The notes under the pieces were generated by a model. The model saw nothing but the letters and a program-made list of their open reading frames with translations. It was not told the DNA's origin and did no database searches. Positions 1-13,896 of a DNA stretch of 64,000 nucleotides are shown here, in pieces (the stretch's first letter is position 1; each line of letters opens with the position of its first letter). The stretch covers positions 37,572,001-37,636,000 of the forward strand of contig CAIIXF020000001.1 of assembly GCA_903813345.2 (NCBI GenBank), given 5' to 3'. The position numbers and the translations under genes are program-made. The stretch is from Owenia fusiformis. Its lineage: Eukaryota.

Positions 1-709
1 CTTCTACATTAATGAATATGTTCCTCAAATATGCAATATTTGTGAGAAGTTCAACATAAAAATGAGACTCGGCTGGAAGCCAATGTTATCAGCAATCTTA
101 GAGACTGACAGCAAAGGTTTTGTCAGGTCTTTGAATCTCCGGTCAAAATACAAAAAGAATGTTTAGATAAAGGTGGAAAATATATATACTGGATAACAGT
201 AGTAATGTCAAATGATTAAATAATATTACAGTTCTAATCATTTTGCTGTTGTGGTACACAATTTGATGCATAATACCAACAGACGGCAGAGTGTCAAGAT
301 GATATGAACAGGAGAAAAGAATTATAAAACATAATTGTGACGTTGCTCCACATACCCGCGACTCCTGTTACCATAGCAACCATAACTTTTTTATTTTTAA
401 ATAATTTGTCATGACAGTTGCAGGATAAATTGTTACAATGTCATTCTACAATCTGTAGCAATTAGATCTCACAACATGTAAACCCTATGAAATTAGAGCA
501 TTTGTATCTTTACTTTCCGGACACCCTGTAATTCCATGATTTCTCAAAAAGTAATGGTTTAATCTGTCTAAACTCGAATGAGATACTTTGGGATGACCCT
601 GTCAATGTACCTGTTGTGGTTAATCATGAAATTTTTGATTGACAAACCCAAAAATCAAGGTTTTAAGAATCTTAGCATTCCATCAATAAGAGCAAATCAA
701 TGTACTCAC

Positions 710-804
710 GGGAGAAATTGGGGTTAAGCCATACTTTGCATTGGCTAATATTTCTATTTCTTTCAGTTTCTTCTTCAAAGCTTTTCTTTCTTGTGGAGAC
801 ATAC
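710..804 (-). CDS. Internal exon of minus-strand gene (pro-region)
   Basis: ctacag|GT ATG TCT CCA...TCT CCC|gtgagt. 95 nt, phase 1 to 0. Lies within ORF 683..988. Confidence 0.65.
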
Positions 805-3800
805 CTGTAGATAAAGATTCGATAATATTAAACACGTATTTTAGTATATATATTTTCCAGTAGTTTCTTATTTCATTAATTACAGTTTTAAATGGAATGA
901 ATTGAAATGACAACAAACATGTTACGTTATTGAAAACTGCATATTTCAAACATAACGTCGCGTGAGAACCAGTGTTTCCAAACTGCAAATTTGAAGATTT
1001 TGAGATTTCATCACTTTTACATAAAAAAGCATGCTGAATCGAATGGTGATGTCCATATTGCTCTGGACTGGAAATAGGTGCATTTCAGTGGAAGTACCTC
1101 GTATCTGCAAAGAAGATAAATTACAAAACGTCAACCTGGTATCTCAAGTGAGATCCCCAACTAAAGGCAAACAAGATCTGAAACACGAGAAATGGAAACA
1201 TGTGGCATTGAGGCATTCCCCAAGAATAGGAAACTGTTCAATACCCACCTCTGCACAATATGCCTAAGAAACTATATAAAGACTTTATACATTACTTTAA
1301 AAAAGAACCCTAAGGAAATGTTGATGAAAAAGAGAGCTGGGGACTCAACAAGATAAAGATAAAAATACATTTAAAGCCAGAGGATAAGTGGCAGGTTGGA
1401 GAAAATCTAAAAATAGAATCCCAACAACTCTCTTTGTTTCAAATCATGTCAGTCTTCAAGACAGTAGTCTGTCTCACCGGCAGAATAGAAAGGATGTTTC
1501 ATCTAGTAGTTTGTGATGAGAGATTATCAAGCAAAGAATCTGCAAATAATGAGCCAACAAAAGCCACCAAGGGCAATCAAACTGTTAAGTAATGTCAATT
1601 TTAAAAGTCACAATCTGATTCTGATAAGTAATAACTTAAGCATGTATGTCGTGGATACACTGATGTTAATGTCAATGGTGATGAAACCTCCATGCCAGTG
1701 GTCCTAACACTCGTAGACACCAGTATAGATGCCAATGGTTATAAAAGCACCGATAAAAATGCCAAGGGTGATGAAAGCACCAATGGAGATGCCAACTTTG
1801 AAAGCACCAATGTAGATAGCTTGTGTACCAATTACACAATATTTCCCGAACTCGATCCCCGGCAAATCAGGCAAGACTTAATTGCTTGTTTGCATATACA
1901 AGTATTACTTCAAGGGTTGTCCAAAATGAGTACAAACGGCTGTGGAGTGTACTTGTATGCCTATGTATGAGTGAACATAAAATAACACAGGGCCCCCTCA
2001 AGGAGGGGCTCCTTGGTCTGCCTTCCATGATTATATGCATTGATTACGACCATATAATGGATCCCGGGGGATATACCCAAGACGTATTCCTCACCTTCAT
2101 TGGTGGTAAACAAAATACAATACAATATGATATTGAAGATTAAAAGAGCAATAGCCAGGATATTTCTAATTCCAACCTTACAAAACATATGGACAGCCGA
2201 ACTGACAAAGAAATCATATCTAATAAGGCTTATGATGCTCTAAATGACCATACCTATGGAGCCAATGAATCACTGTCTCCTGTTGTACCGCCATAAAAAC
2301 ACTGGAAATTAAGTACACTGTAAGCTATGTAAATGGCATTGAGAAACAGCTCATTGATACCACTCTAAATGACTATACCTACTTAACCAGTCAAACACTG
2401 TCTACAACTTTACCGCATGGTGAAATGCTGGATACTCACAATACGAAAGAGGTCATTGATGCTACTCAGTCTTACACCTACTGAAACCATTAAACCTGAT
2501 ATTGAGAATCAGCCCTTTGGTGAGACTCACTGTCTGACACCTACTGGAACTCTTGAAACTGAAGTTGGGAAACATCCATTTGGTTGGACTCACTGTTTAA
2601 CACCTATTGAAATTATTGAAACAGTCTTAAAACAACTCAAGTCATTGGAACCAAAGTTGTAAGAGCTAATTGATTCTACTCACACTAGTCAAACTACTTA
2701 AACCATGTAAGATAAAGTTAAGTTTCAACAAGAAAAATATCAACGCACAATACCAACTTTAACATCTAATGATGAAATAATTAATACAGGAGAAAGCATT
2801 AAGAGTGAGACTTCCAAAACAGTGGTATGTGGTTCAATTGGTGACAGAAACACTGCACAAGTTACAAGTGAGCCTGGTAGAATCAATATGCAACGAGTAG
2901 AACACGACGGCACATCTTTAGGTATTCTCTCTCCAGGACTAGATTTTGAAAATTCATACTGTATATCATATCTCTTTTTTTAATCCATTTACCATTGCAA
3001 CATCATTGTTTGAAATCATGCACATAAACTTCACAATAATATAAGATGGTATAAAAATCAGTTTTGTATCATAAATGGTTCAGAAGATACAGATGTTTGA
3101 ACTCTAAACGCCGGTCATTTTCTCAAAACCACAAAGTGTTAGTAAGGAAACACTGGTTCTCCCGCGACGATGGGCAAGCTATCAAGCCAACCAGAATTCA
3201 GTATTTCCATTTAATTGCATTATGCTACTCTAATGCACTCGCCTTTTTAGATTCTAGAGAGTTTTAGACTCTATTTTAGATTTCATCAATTGCACAATTT
3301 GAAGTTGACTGTCAAGTTTGCTGACCTATTCACTCCCCTCCACGTTTTGTCAGCTTACTTAAATCTTTGAATATATGGAGTCTTAAAACTCACCTGATCA
3401 AATTTCAGCGAAATTGGTCAACGTTTAGATCAACCCCTACCGAAGTTCCCGATGTGTATTCGCTGCCATGTTAATGCTACTCTGAAAATTGCAGAAAGTG
3501 TCAATTTCATCATGTTTGAGACTAGACACATGTTCTACCAAAGGCGCTAACGTGAGTCCCATCAAATTGACCTAAAATGTAGTTCAATATGTTTTTGATC
3601 TATGACAAAGATACCGAGATGGTTATTTGGCGATCAATGAGAAAATAATTGTTTTACATGGTGATTAATAAAACTTTAGGTTTAGCTGGATCCAAACGTT
3701 GTTATAATCATTTCATGAAATTTATGACCCTCCAAAATGCAAATGTAGGAGATCAGGTTTTACCTCATGAAAGCCAAGGATCCTTTATGTCCATAGAGTT

Positions 3801-6800
3801 ATGGTCACCTATAAATGGCAAAATTCCATTGTACATGAGACAATTTACAATTTCTGCCATTTTGAGGGGAGCATAATTCGATGATAAAGATATACGTATA
3901 GAGGTCTGATCTTTATCTAGTAGTGACCTGGCATTATATCTAGCACGTGCTTCTCTTCGGTTAAAAATTATTTGTAGAAATTCTAGGGTACCTAAATCAA
4001 GACTTGGTGGCAATAAACCAATTCCTTCCTATACAATGAATCACCGTTGAAACAATTATTTTTTTTCAAAAATAAAGAACCTACCATTTCAGCGTTTTAT
4101 GTAACACATCTAAGATAAATTCAACTGCATTATAGGTGAATTTAATGAAAATCACTGAAGTGCCTTGGTCAAAACATGGGTCTCAAACATGATGAAATTC
4201 ACACCCCCTGCAATTTTCTCATTTATCTCATAACATGGCAGAGAATGCACGTCAGAAATGGCGGTATGAGTTGAGCAAAGCGTTGACATTTTTTCTGAAA
4301 TTTGGTCAGCTAGTTCTTAAGACTATAGATTTAATTATTCTATTATATAAGCAAGCTGACAAAATGTCTGTTTTTGAGGTACCCTAAACAAGTCTGTTTT
4401 TGGGACACGTTATTATGGCTTCAAATATTATCAAGACCACTATATATTTCTGTTGGGACACCCTAGACTAGAGGTCTAAACAAAAATACATAATGGTCCG
4501 GATACTTGATTGGGTTTTGGTGAATTAAATGTATTCGATCGAGAAAGCATGCATATCTCAGACACTGCTATATCTGTGCATGTGTCTCTAATCTTGAGAG
4601 GTTGACTTGTAAACTATCAGTGCAATACAAACCAATATAATAGAACAAGATAGAAGTATCTCCTGTATATCAAACATGTGTCAAGAATGATAAATTACCT
4701 TTGTCTTTCATCCATTGTCTGAAATCTTTTTTATATCTCTTTAAGCTATCTTCAATTTCTTTACTGTCCACCGAGTCCTGAAATATATATAGTTATTCCA
4801 TAATAACATGTTTTCCCTGGGAAAATAACAGGGAATAAAAGTGTTATTTGAAAAATCCCGTATCAGATCCCGTATCAGCCAAAATCCCGTATCAGATCCC
4901 GTATTGGATCCCGTATCAGCAAAAATCCCGTATCAGATCCCGTATCAGAAATATTCCCGGTAATTTCTCTGATGATGACATACAAAAATTGAAAAAAAAT
5001 ATTATGAAATAAATAGGTTATTGATGGTCGTGATGGAATATGGATTTATTCCTTGAGAAAATATGATATTGGCCTCAGAAAATATCATATTGACACTCGG
5101 GCTATCGCCCTCGGTCAATATGATATTTTCCTTGGCCAATATCATATTTTCCCTCGGAATAAAATCCATATTCCATCCCTCCCATTAAATAACCTCTATA
5201 TATGTATACATATAATGACGATCATGCTTGTTTTTGTTATTTACATCTTTTGATATTATATTAACGCCTACTCCGACCCATAGTTTTCTGAAATGCATTT
5301 TTATATTTCATAACATTAATAGCATTTTTATTTTAGATCAAAGGGAGGCGGGGTGCTTAAAATGATCTAAAAATATGAACAGAACAAGAATCTGGTTTTT
5401 AACAGGTTTATATACAAATGTGTTCGTCCGTTTTTTAAATAAGTTACTGCAAAGCGTTTACTTATTATGCGGTATAATACAGAAAAGGCTAGCTATGTAT
5501 ATGTGATTAATGTTGAACTCCTGCGAAGTGACCCAAGTGATGTCATTAGCATATTACTACAAGCATATTAATGTCAAACCATTATTTGCTCTTGCACTAC
5601 CTGATAAACGTTTTATTCTTTAAATAAAGCTAATTCACAACTAAGAAGCAAATTTTTAACAAGGTCACGGGGGAGAATTTTCCTGATGAATTGAACATCT
5701 ACAGGGAGAAAGTGGGGAAGTATGACTGTATTAAACACTTTACTTTGAAATTTGACCTGTCTTTGAACTTTAAATAAATTTGATTGACATTGTCAAATTT
5801 TCTCCGAATTCATTTTTTAAGTGTGTTAACAATGCAACATAGTTTGTACCATTTAGAAGAAAATTGAATTATGTATATAATAATAATATAACTAAAATCA
5901 AAAAATGCATTGATGGATATACTGAACGTCGACTATTTACCTTTTCAAGATTCAAGAAATCAATCTGTATTCATATTGCTCATACTTATTTGCATACCGC
6001 ATGTCTTGTTAGTCTATGAGGTTACATTAAATTCATTGAAATAAAGTACAAAGTAATTGCTGACGTTCTTCAGCTGATATGGCATAACTCAAGCACATTG
6101 ACGCTTCCTATTAGTCCAAAGCTTTAATATAGATTGTGTTCTTAATTATATCGAAGTAAAACCACAGTAACATGAAGGAGACAGATAATGATTGAATATG
6201 CGTCAACTAATAAACAATCAGAATATATTCAATTTTTATTACGTATACTTGTATGTAGTTATCCATACTATACTAGTCCATTATTTCTTCCAAACGCTAC
6301 TTATATGATTGTCTATTCTTTATTTTTCATATGTGATTTGATGTTGGACTGGTGTAATCATGACAGATATGGAGGTTCAGCTACACGCATGTTTTCAAGA
6401 TAATTTGTACGTGAACGTTTCGTAACATGGTCCTCCAAGGATTCGTTTTCCCTTCCTTGTATATATTTTGGGATGAATATATTAAGAAATTAATCGTACT
6501 GTTCCTTAATAATTGGTGGGACCAGTATCCCAGGGGTCATAATAGTTTACGTACTAGTGAAATTATTAAACTACAAGGTGTGCCAAAAATTTGCAACTTT
6601 TTTAGAAGGCTAGAAAAGTATCATAACATTATGATATTGACATAAATCTTTTTTTACAGAAACTTAAAGATGCATTATACCATAGGTTTCTCCCTCAGAC
6701 AATCTGATGTCCTATTGTTATTGCTCATATAACATCTTACATACCATTGATATATCTTGAGAATAACTTTTGGGTATATTATTGTCTCTTTAAGGATAGG

Positions 6801-9800
6801 CATATTTTACCATTCAAATAATTAAGCTAATACTGACTTTTTGTCAGATGTTTGAATATTAATGCTAAATTGTTCATGTGTCCGAGATTTACCATTTTCC
6901 TAGAAAATGTGACTTTCTATGATTTTATGCGCAATAAATGTATTTAAAGCACATTAGTAACAACCATTTGATTTACAGCATAAGCACTTTTCAACTCAAA
7001 TATAAATATTTGTACTTATTTCGAACTTAAATGTATCATTGTTGTATTACCAATGGCATTGAGCGAGAATCGTGGTTTTGTAATTCTTCTTGATTTATTT
7101 TCCAGGAACAGAAGACTGACGCCATCGAATAAAAGACGTGAGAATGCATAATTTGAGCGTAAGATATATACGTACTTAGTAGAATCTTATAAGTAGAATC
7201 TAAAAAGCGAGAGCCTAGAGAGAATCGCCCAATGTGACTTGATATGACTACAATTTAAAACTTGCTAACGTATGACTTAATTATTGTATTAAAATATATA
7301 ATTTACACCAAAACGTGTTGTCCATGTGGCAACTGTGAATTGTGCCTCTACTATCTTGTCGGAATAGCCTTTCAAATGTTAGATTCTGAAAAAGGGAATG
7401 ATTAAAGTATAAAGACATACTGACACTTTTATATTGTACAATTGCACAAATATATTCAAAACGAATATTGGTTTGTGAACACTTTTGATTAAATAAGCCA
7501 TACGTTTACGTGTTAGTGTATTTTTGAAGCAAGTTGAGAAAAGTCAGCTCGACACTCTGGCAAGCACAATCACTATGATGGTAAACATTTTTTTATAATC
7601 TATATTTATAATTGTATTATATTGGTTTAGTTTTTTCTTGAAAGGTTTAACGCAAGTGAGATGAGAATGTAACTGGCGACATACATTCTTAGGAAACAAT
7701 GCTTATAATGACATAATAACAGGAACAATGTATTGTAATTAATTTTGTTATTTATTTTCTCACATTGAACATGATGTCTTATTGCAATTACTATTCTGAA
7801 TATGACACAGAAGGCGGTAGTATAGCGAATTCCCATGACACAATATTACATCAACATTGCGAAAGATTTTTGCGAACGATTTTTTATCAACGCATAGTGT
7901 CCACTTAATCCAGCTAAACCTAATTTTACGAAAATCAAAAATCTGTACTTATCTAGTTCATGATTGAAACAAAGAAGATGATAAAATTTATTTGATTAAT
8001 GTCATGAATCTACAACTATCTTGACATCATTTGAAATAAAATATATCATGTTTTTTTTATTATGATGGCATTACTGTTTGGTCGTTCTCCTTATTTGGCA
8101 CATACATGCATTCTTTAATTTTCTTCGGTGTGTACTACACAGCACATTATAAAAAGGGGTCCACCACTAAAGCTAAGTTCACACCAATGGCGCTTTGATG
8201 ACGCTTTCAAGCGGTGTGCAAAGCGGCTTTGCACAAAGCGCCGTTGGTGTGAACTTAGCTTTAACTACTTTCAACGAAACCTTTATAAACTGTCATAAGG
8301 ATCATAGTAGTCACAACTCTTGATGATTGATATATACCTTAGTTTGAACTTTTAACAGGCGAGTCTGCAGCTGAAGAGCAATTCGAACTTATGACAAAAG
8401 CATATTAATCAATTATCTCCAGCATGGTTGTTTTCTCTTGTCGGAATCTGTAAGGTGAAAATTCACCGAGGTATTCATTATTTTCATCGAACTAGAAATT
8501 AACATCAACGAGGTGGAAAGCAAAGTAATGAAATCTAAGTGAAGAATGAAAAATCTTAATTCTAACGATGAATACTTGTACCTTATCCATGTGATTCTTC
8601 ATCAGGTTTGGTGCTACCCATGTAAGATTATATAGTACCATTGTTCAAGAATATATTATATTATTTTAGCACTGTATATTTATAGGTTTATTGTTTGAAG
8701 TAATATGACGCCAGTTTGACCTAGATATAGATTATGGATTAAAACGATAATGGTCAGTCTTCACCTACAATTGCTTTTATCTAATTAGTGATTTTAAAAT
8801 AACTTATGTGATGTGGAAAATAAATGAACTATGATATACAATGCAAAAATATGGAAAACTCATGCGATAATTCATAAAATGAGAAGAAATATATTATATT
8901 TAGTTTTAAGAAGACAGTTTACTCATAAGTTCCATATAATAAAAATTGTATGAAAAAGATTTAGGACATACAGGGTGTTCCAAAAGTAACAGGACTGGTG
9001 CTGGCAATTTGTCAATCCTGCTTCAAGCCTAGTGTCTTCAAATTTTCACAAAATGTAAGTTGAGGTATTGCAACTATGACTGTAAAGCTACAGAAAAAAG
9101 TATTACATGTAGCTAGAGTTATGGTTACTATAGTAACATGACATCACAATACCTGGGGAAACTTTCCCATGAAAATGTGTTATCTGACATTTTTAAATTA
9201 CAAAAGAAAGTATCTAATTCACCTACTACAATACAATATGTCTTGTTTGTTTTATTAAAAGTTTTATATTGCTTTTTTGTAATAGTGTTGCTATACAACT
9301 CGGATTTAAGTTTGATTTCATAATAACAATATTTATTCAGTTTCCTGGAATATCACATAACAGTCTGCACAATTCACGGTTGAGTCTTTGAAAATACCCA
9401 ATTTGAAGCCATCATCCACCTTGATAACGCGCATGCCCGCAAGTCAGCTAAAGAAACCACTGCGGCTATAGAGGAGTTGAAGTCTAGGATCATGCACCAT
9501 ATTCTTTCGAGCATGCCAGGCCCGTAGCCAGAATTTGCCAAGGGGGGGGGGGGGTTCATTTTTACAAAAATTTCCAGGGGGGGTTCACATTTGACAATTT
9601 TGGCCCAAATATTGCTAAAATCACTTGAGAAGTGCTCAAAATGGTGAAAAACTGCATGATTTTGAAAGAATTTTTGGCCGGGGGGGGGGTCCCCCGAACC
9701 CTGCAACCCCCCCCCCTGGCTACGGGCCTGCATGCAATATCTAATTTTGACATGTATTGAGAATGGAATGTTAATCAGTGTGGTAGGACCTTAATACATG

Positions 9801-12076
9801 AGTACATATCATCATTATGGATATCAAATGATTGAAAGCAAACGAAATTCCCAACAGTTGTTGCATTTCAACATGATATATGGAATGTACAAAATGCTAT
9901 AAGTCTCTGTAACGTTCTGCCCGTTGCCCCGGGTATTGTGATGTCATTTCACCATAGCAACCCTAACTCTATAAGAGTTTCATGATTTTCGTAGAAACTT
10001 TGCAATTTTAGTTACTATAATTATCATGTAAATTTTTTAAGGCAATCGGTGCATATTTCACAGAATGTCAGCACCAGCCCGCGGTTACTTTTGGAACATA
10101 CTGTATTTACGAGATTAAGAGGTACGTACGTGATTGTAAGGATTCGTCACTATAAGTGTCACTATAAATAAGGTATATCCAATGTACGATCATATGTTAA
10201 ATTCTTATGAAATAATAGAGGTAATAGTCTTAACCCACTGATGCCATACTTATTTTGAAATTAAATCACCCCAAGAATATATGTTTCCGGCAATTCCAAG
10301 AGTGACCCACATCTCTGCCAAAAGTGTGTGTTTTTCTCTTGAAAATCATTTTTCTGAGGTTTAAGAATATATTCACATTCAATATTCTAACAATATCAAG
10401 CTTAATGTATGCCTTATAGTTTGGAGACACTCTAATCCATATTCATTAGATGCAATCAAATGTGACCTCCTTTTTTATAGCATGCTGTGTGTGTTTTTCT
10501 AGATTCAAACGATTTATTGCTTCCGCAGGCCACGCCCACTCTTATTTATGCCTCAATGTAAACATTATGACAGGGGGCACAGTTTAGTGATAAAATTAGT
10601 GTGGACCAGGCCTACGGAAGCACTGTAAATGTGAAGTTGAACTGAACAAAAAATATAGAACATGATTAGGGCAGCCATTTTGAATGTTGACTATACTAGT
10701 GCTGTATAGATTCAAAGTGGATTATGAATTTACCTATACTATTGAATAATGACTAAAAGGGCATTTGGTAACCTGCCTAGATGTCAAAATGTGAGTGTCC
10801 CCATGGTTAGAAGGAGCATTACCCCGAGCTCAGTTGAAATTTTGAATAATTGACTTAACACAAGGATATCATCATAAATCAATATTTACCCGATGGTAAA
10901 TCAACGGACCCAAATAAAAAAATATGAAATTTGAAAGTTTGACCTACTTTTGAAAGTTCAAAGGTTGAGGTCAAAACATTCGTTACCATATTTTTACATT
11001 TTAGATTTCATAAATGATGATTTTGCACACAAGAATGTTTGATTTGCAAATATACACCGACTTGACCTTTACAAGGTCACGATGACCTCAATAACACTCG
11101 GGATGTACCTAAACACTATGTCATCAATAATTTATTTTGCCAATATGACATACTTCACCGGAACACCGTGTAAAGATGTGTATTTGTAAAGAATGAACGG
11201 CTGTTCTTTTAAACAATAACACGATCACAAATGATTCAAATCAGAGACAAGCAATAAAACGTCAAGAACCAGAACATTTGACACCAATATCAGGTATCAA
11301 ATGTATTTTACTTTGTGTAATATAATATAAAGCTTAAGGGGAACAGTCTCTATCTCGCGCGACTACTAAAACAAACTTATTAAAGATAATGCAGCACTAT
11401 GACGAACAGACTACACTTCTTGGGGGTCCGGTCATCTTGGGGGTCGCGAAATCATTTTGATCTACGATGGTTTACATTGTTTATTTCTAAACAACTATTT
11501 CATAACAGAGTAAATGTCATTAAAGATCAACAACTTATAGACCTTGAAGTTGAATCAGGTTGTTTGTGTACATTTGTAATGACATTAAGTATCACTTAAG
11601 GCAACGTCAAAGTAGAACATCATCTTAATCACATTCATACAGAGAAAATACCATATAATCTGTGGTTTGTTTTAAACTGCGTTAAGTTTCAATTCGTTTG
11701 AAATGTCACTTGACTCTATAAAACACTTGTTTTCTTTTGTTCTCTAGAAGATCGTCTCCGATAAATTACTATACCAACGATTTCAAATCCATATTGCATA
11801 TCTATTTATGTTTTAAATATTATCTAGATAATAATTAACACTGTATATTGGACGTTAATAAGTGACCTTGACAATATGTTTGCCCCAAAAAGATATCGAA
11901 GAGGAATATTAGGTAATTTCGTCTCAATTACTAAAAAATAAACATTCATCAAATAATAATTCTGTTCGCTGTATCTATTAATATAAAACATTAAGAAATT
12001 CATATCTTACCTGATGTGTGACATGAAAACCTAATATACCTATCAGCAGTAGAAGTGTATATCCCTGATATTTCAT
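710..12076 (-). CDS. 5' part of a secreted-protein gene, probable astacin metalloprotease paralog (signal peptide + pro-region); continues off the left edge
   Basis: Exons 12076-12011 (MKYQGYTLLLLIGILGFHVTHQ, phase 0), 8370-8338 (LQTRLLKVQTK, tentative), 4777-4699 (DSVDSKEIEDSLKRYKKDFRQWMKDK, ends phase 1) and 804-710 (GMSPQERKALKKKLKEIEILANAKYGLTPISP, starts phase 1). All have GT-AG ends and compatible phases. Exon 1 resembles exon 1 of the plus-strand astacin ([15 protein letters not shown]). The catalytic domain is not in the window, so the astacin call is an inference. Confidence 0.7.
1031..2940 (+). pseudogene. Decayed coding-like region with internal peptide repeats, product unknown
   Basis: Chain of broken ORFs with 3n-periodic repeats: DANGxxST-type units (about 1660-1820) and about 63-bp THCLTPxxxxETE units (about 2460-2620). 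Many stops and frameshifts. Confidence 0.3.
3340..4370. mobile_element. Old inverted-repeat (MITE-like) element
   Basis: About 3340-3500 is a diverged reverse complement of about 4210-4370 (ttttgtcagctt / aagctgacaaaa; caaatttcag / ctgaaatttg). Confidence 0.45.
4699..4777 (-). CDS. Internal exon of minus-strand gene (pro-region)
   Basis: tttcag|GAC TCG GTG...GAC AAA G|gtaatt. 79 nt, phase 0 to 1. Confidence 0.65.
4786..5200. mobile_element. Non-autonomous element with a 12-bp tandem array and a 190-bp terminal palindrome
   Basis: (ATCCCGTATCAG)-type units x7 at 4855-4947. Imperfect hairpin 5011-5200 centred on ctcgggctatcgccctcgg. Confidence 0.6.
8171..8260. mobile_element. Short palindromic MITE, PIF/Harbinger-like
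   Basis: AGCTAAGTTCACACCAAYGGCGCTTTG terminal inverted repeats with TAA/TTA flanks. More copies lie at 19497-20071. Confidence 0.7.
8338..8370 (-). CDS. Tentative 33-nt exon 2 of minus-strand gene
   Basis: ctcttcag|CTGCAG...ACTAAG|gtatat. Phase 0/0, no stop, fits between exon 1 and the 4777 exon, but it is short and could be chance. Confidence 0.35.
8971..10103. mobile_element. Tc1/mariner-type MITE
   Basis: TA|cagggtgttccaaaagtaac ... gttacttttggaacatactg|TA. Confidence 0.8.
9517..9730. mobile_element. hAT-like MITE with 5-bp TSD, nested in the Tc1 MITE
   Basis: CATGC|caggcccgtagccag ... ctggctacgggcctg|CATGC. Perfect 15-bp TIR and poly-G/C tracts. Confidence 0.85.
12011..12076 (-). CDS. 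Exon 1 of minus-strand gene: signal peptide
   Basis: ATG AAA TAT CAG...CAT CAG|gtaag. Hydrophobic core LLLLIGILGF. TATAAG lies about 30 bp upstream (12106-12111). Confidence 0.75.
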
Positions 12077-12785
12077 GATGGTCTCAATCAACATGCCTGC
12101 TTCCACTTATATCGTGTACTGTCTTCATCTCACCAGTCCTAGGATGGGGATGAAGTTAATGAGGTGACGGAATAGAATGAGTTACTGGTACATACGCAAG
12201 TGCTCTACTCACTCCTACACGTCAGCTGGCCACGAAGCTAACGTTCTGTCAACAAACATGTGACAAATAATTGCAGAACTTTATTCCTAACAAGGACACC
12301 GACAATGGACTTCACTTGTTGATTATTAAGTTGTACGACAACCAGAGGTTGGAGAAGGAGAATGAATCATGAGACGTATATAATATTTTCTCGTATTAAT
12401 TCAGTAAATGTGACATGATGATTGGGAAAATATTGGCTACATTTACAAATCTTTTCTCTCATACTTAAAACGCAGGAAGTTAAGAGTAACAATGTGTTAC
12501 TGTATTGTTACAAAGTGCTGAACACTTTCAATAACGCTTTTGCTTACACTGTACACTGGCCGTGCACTGTCTGTGCGCATTGGCGTAAACATGTCATATG
12601 ATAGTTCATATTTAGCAAAAGCAAGTTATTAGTATTGAATATTTTTTCCAAGGGGATATCCTGTCGACTGACATGTTCCCTCGACTTGCAGCATCGAGGA
12701 CATGTCAGAGGACAGATTATCCCCAAGGGGAAATTTTTTACACTATTTCCCGAAAATGTGGCAGTAACTATTTAATGTTTAATTA

Positions 12786-13896
12786 GGGGTAAACCCAGTT
12801 GTCCGAAACCCAATTCTCCGAAACCCAGTTGTCCGAAACCCAGTTCTCCGAAAATTACAGCTTACAGCTCTATGAACGAGCACTTTTTCATTGATAAAGG
12901 GTGTATTTGAGAGTATATTTCATCAACTGAACGATTCCTTTATGGCCTGGCATTTAATAAAACTGTCAAAAGATGAAAGTACAAGGGCATATACAGTTGA
13001 TATCGATGTTCAAACAAACAAAGTTAAATTATGTTATTCTCATTGCAATTAAAGTGGCGTTTACATAACATATATACAATGTAGGGGTGTACAATTTTTA
13101 AACCAATTTTTTATGGTCCGTGGGCCTTTTTTGAGAGGGAACAACATTTTTTTCAATGGTTGATGGACGTTCATAAAAGGGAAAATAGCTTTCCCAAGCC
13201 AGTAGGCAGTTATTTAGTAAAGTTGACGTGTACATCTTTTGGAACCAAAACTTATACTTCACTTACGTACTCTGTTCGAGAAATAGAGATTAAATTCAAA
13301 AGGATGAAGTGAGTACATGCCGAAAATGAAACTTCTTGCGAATGGGAGAATATCCATTTTGATACGAGGACAGCCTGTGATTAAGTTTGGAATGTTTTGT
13401 TCTATTACGATTTGATAAGAGACAGAGACTAAGAAATTAAACGCGTCGAAATATTTTGACAACGTAATACGTATACTGTTTTATTCTTAAAGTTCTATGC
13501 TTTAACTTATTTTATCTGTTTCAAAATGTTTCATTTTATTTTACCTATATTAAAGAGATTGAAGAAGATAGATAAACTGTTCCGTAATATATATTGTGTT
13601 TTGATAACCTTTTTAGAATCTCAATGTAAAATAAATCCTCCGTTCCTGCCATTCTGGTAACGCCATGCAATGGATGCAATTCAAAGTGTGAGATCTATGA
13701 ACACCAGAATGCGTCCATGCCATTAATTTGGCCAAATACATGGCATGGAACTGACCTAAGCTTTTAAAGTACGTCCGCCCTTTCTCTGGTAAATTATGAC
13801 TTTATTTTTCGGAGTAATGGGTTTCGGACAACTGGAATTCGAACAACTGGGTTTCGGAGAACTGGGTTTCGGACAACTGGGTTTCGGACAACTGGG
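12786..13896. mobile_element. Foldback/MULE-like element with inverted terminal arrays of a 15-bp unit
   Basis: (CCCAGTTSTCCGAAA)x4 at the left end and the reverse-complement unit x6 at 13808-13896. Confidence 0.7.

Noticed and set aside
4855..4947. Regular short repeats here and at 12794-12853, 16103-16257 and 63836-63931 resembling CRISPR arrays
   Set aside because: The units are contiguous with no unique spacers, there are no cas genes, and the context is eukaryotic. They are transposon-associated arrays.
8371..8390. Hammerhead-like cores (ctgaagag...cgaac here; also near 18935 and 32630-32655 on the minus strand)
   Set aside because: They lack the invariant GAAA or CUGANGA and convincing stems.
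9374..9753. ORFs over G/C-tract MITEs and most other 60-110 aa ORFs in the track
   Set aside because: They are chance ORFs in repeats or AT-rich introns, with no motifs or splice-phase support.
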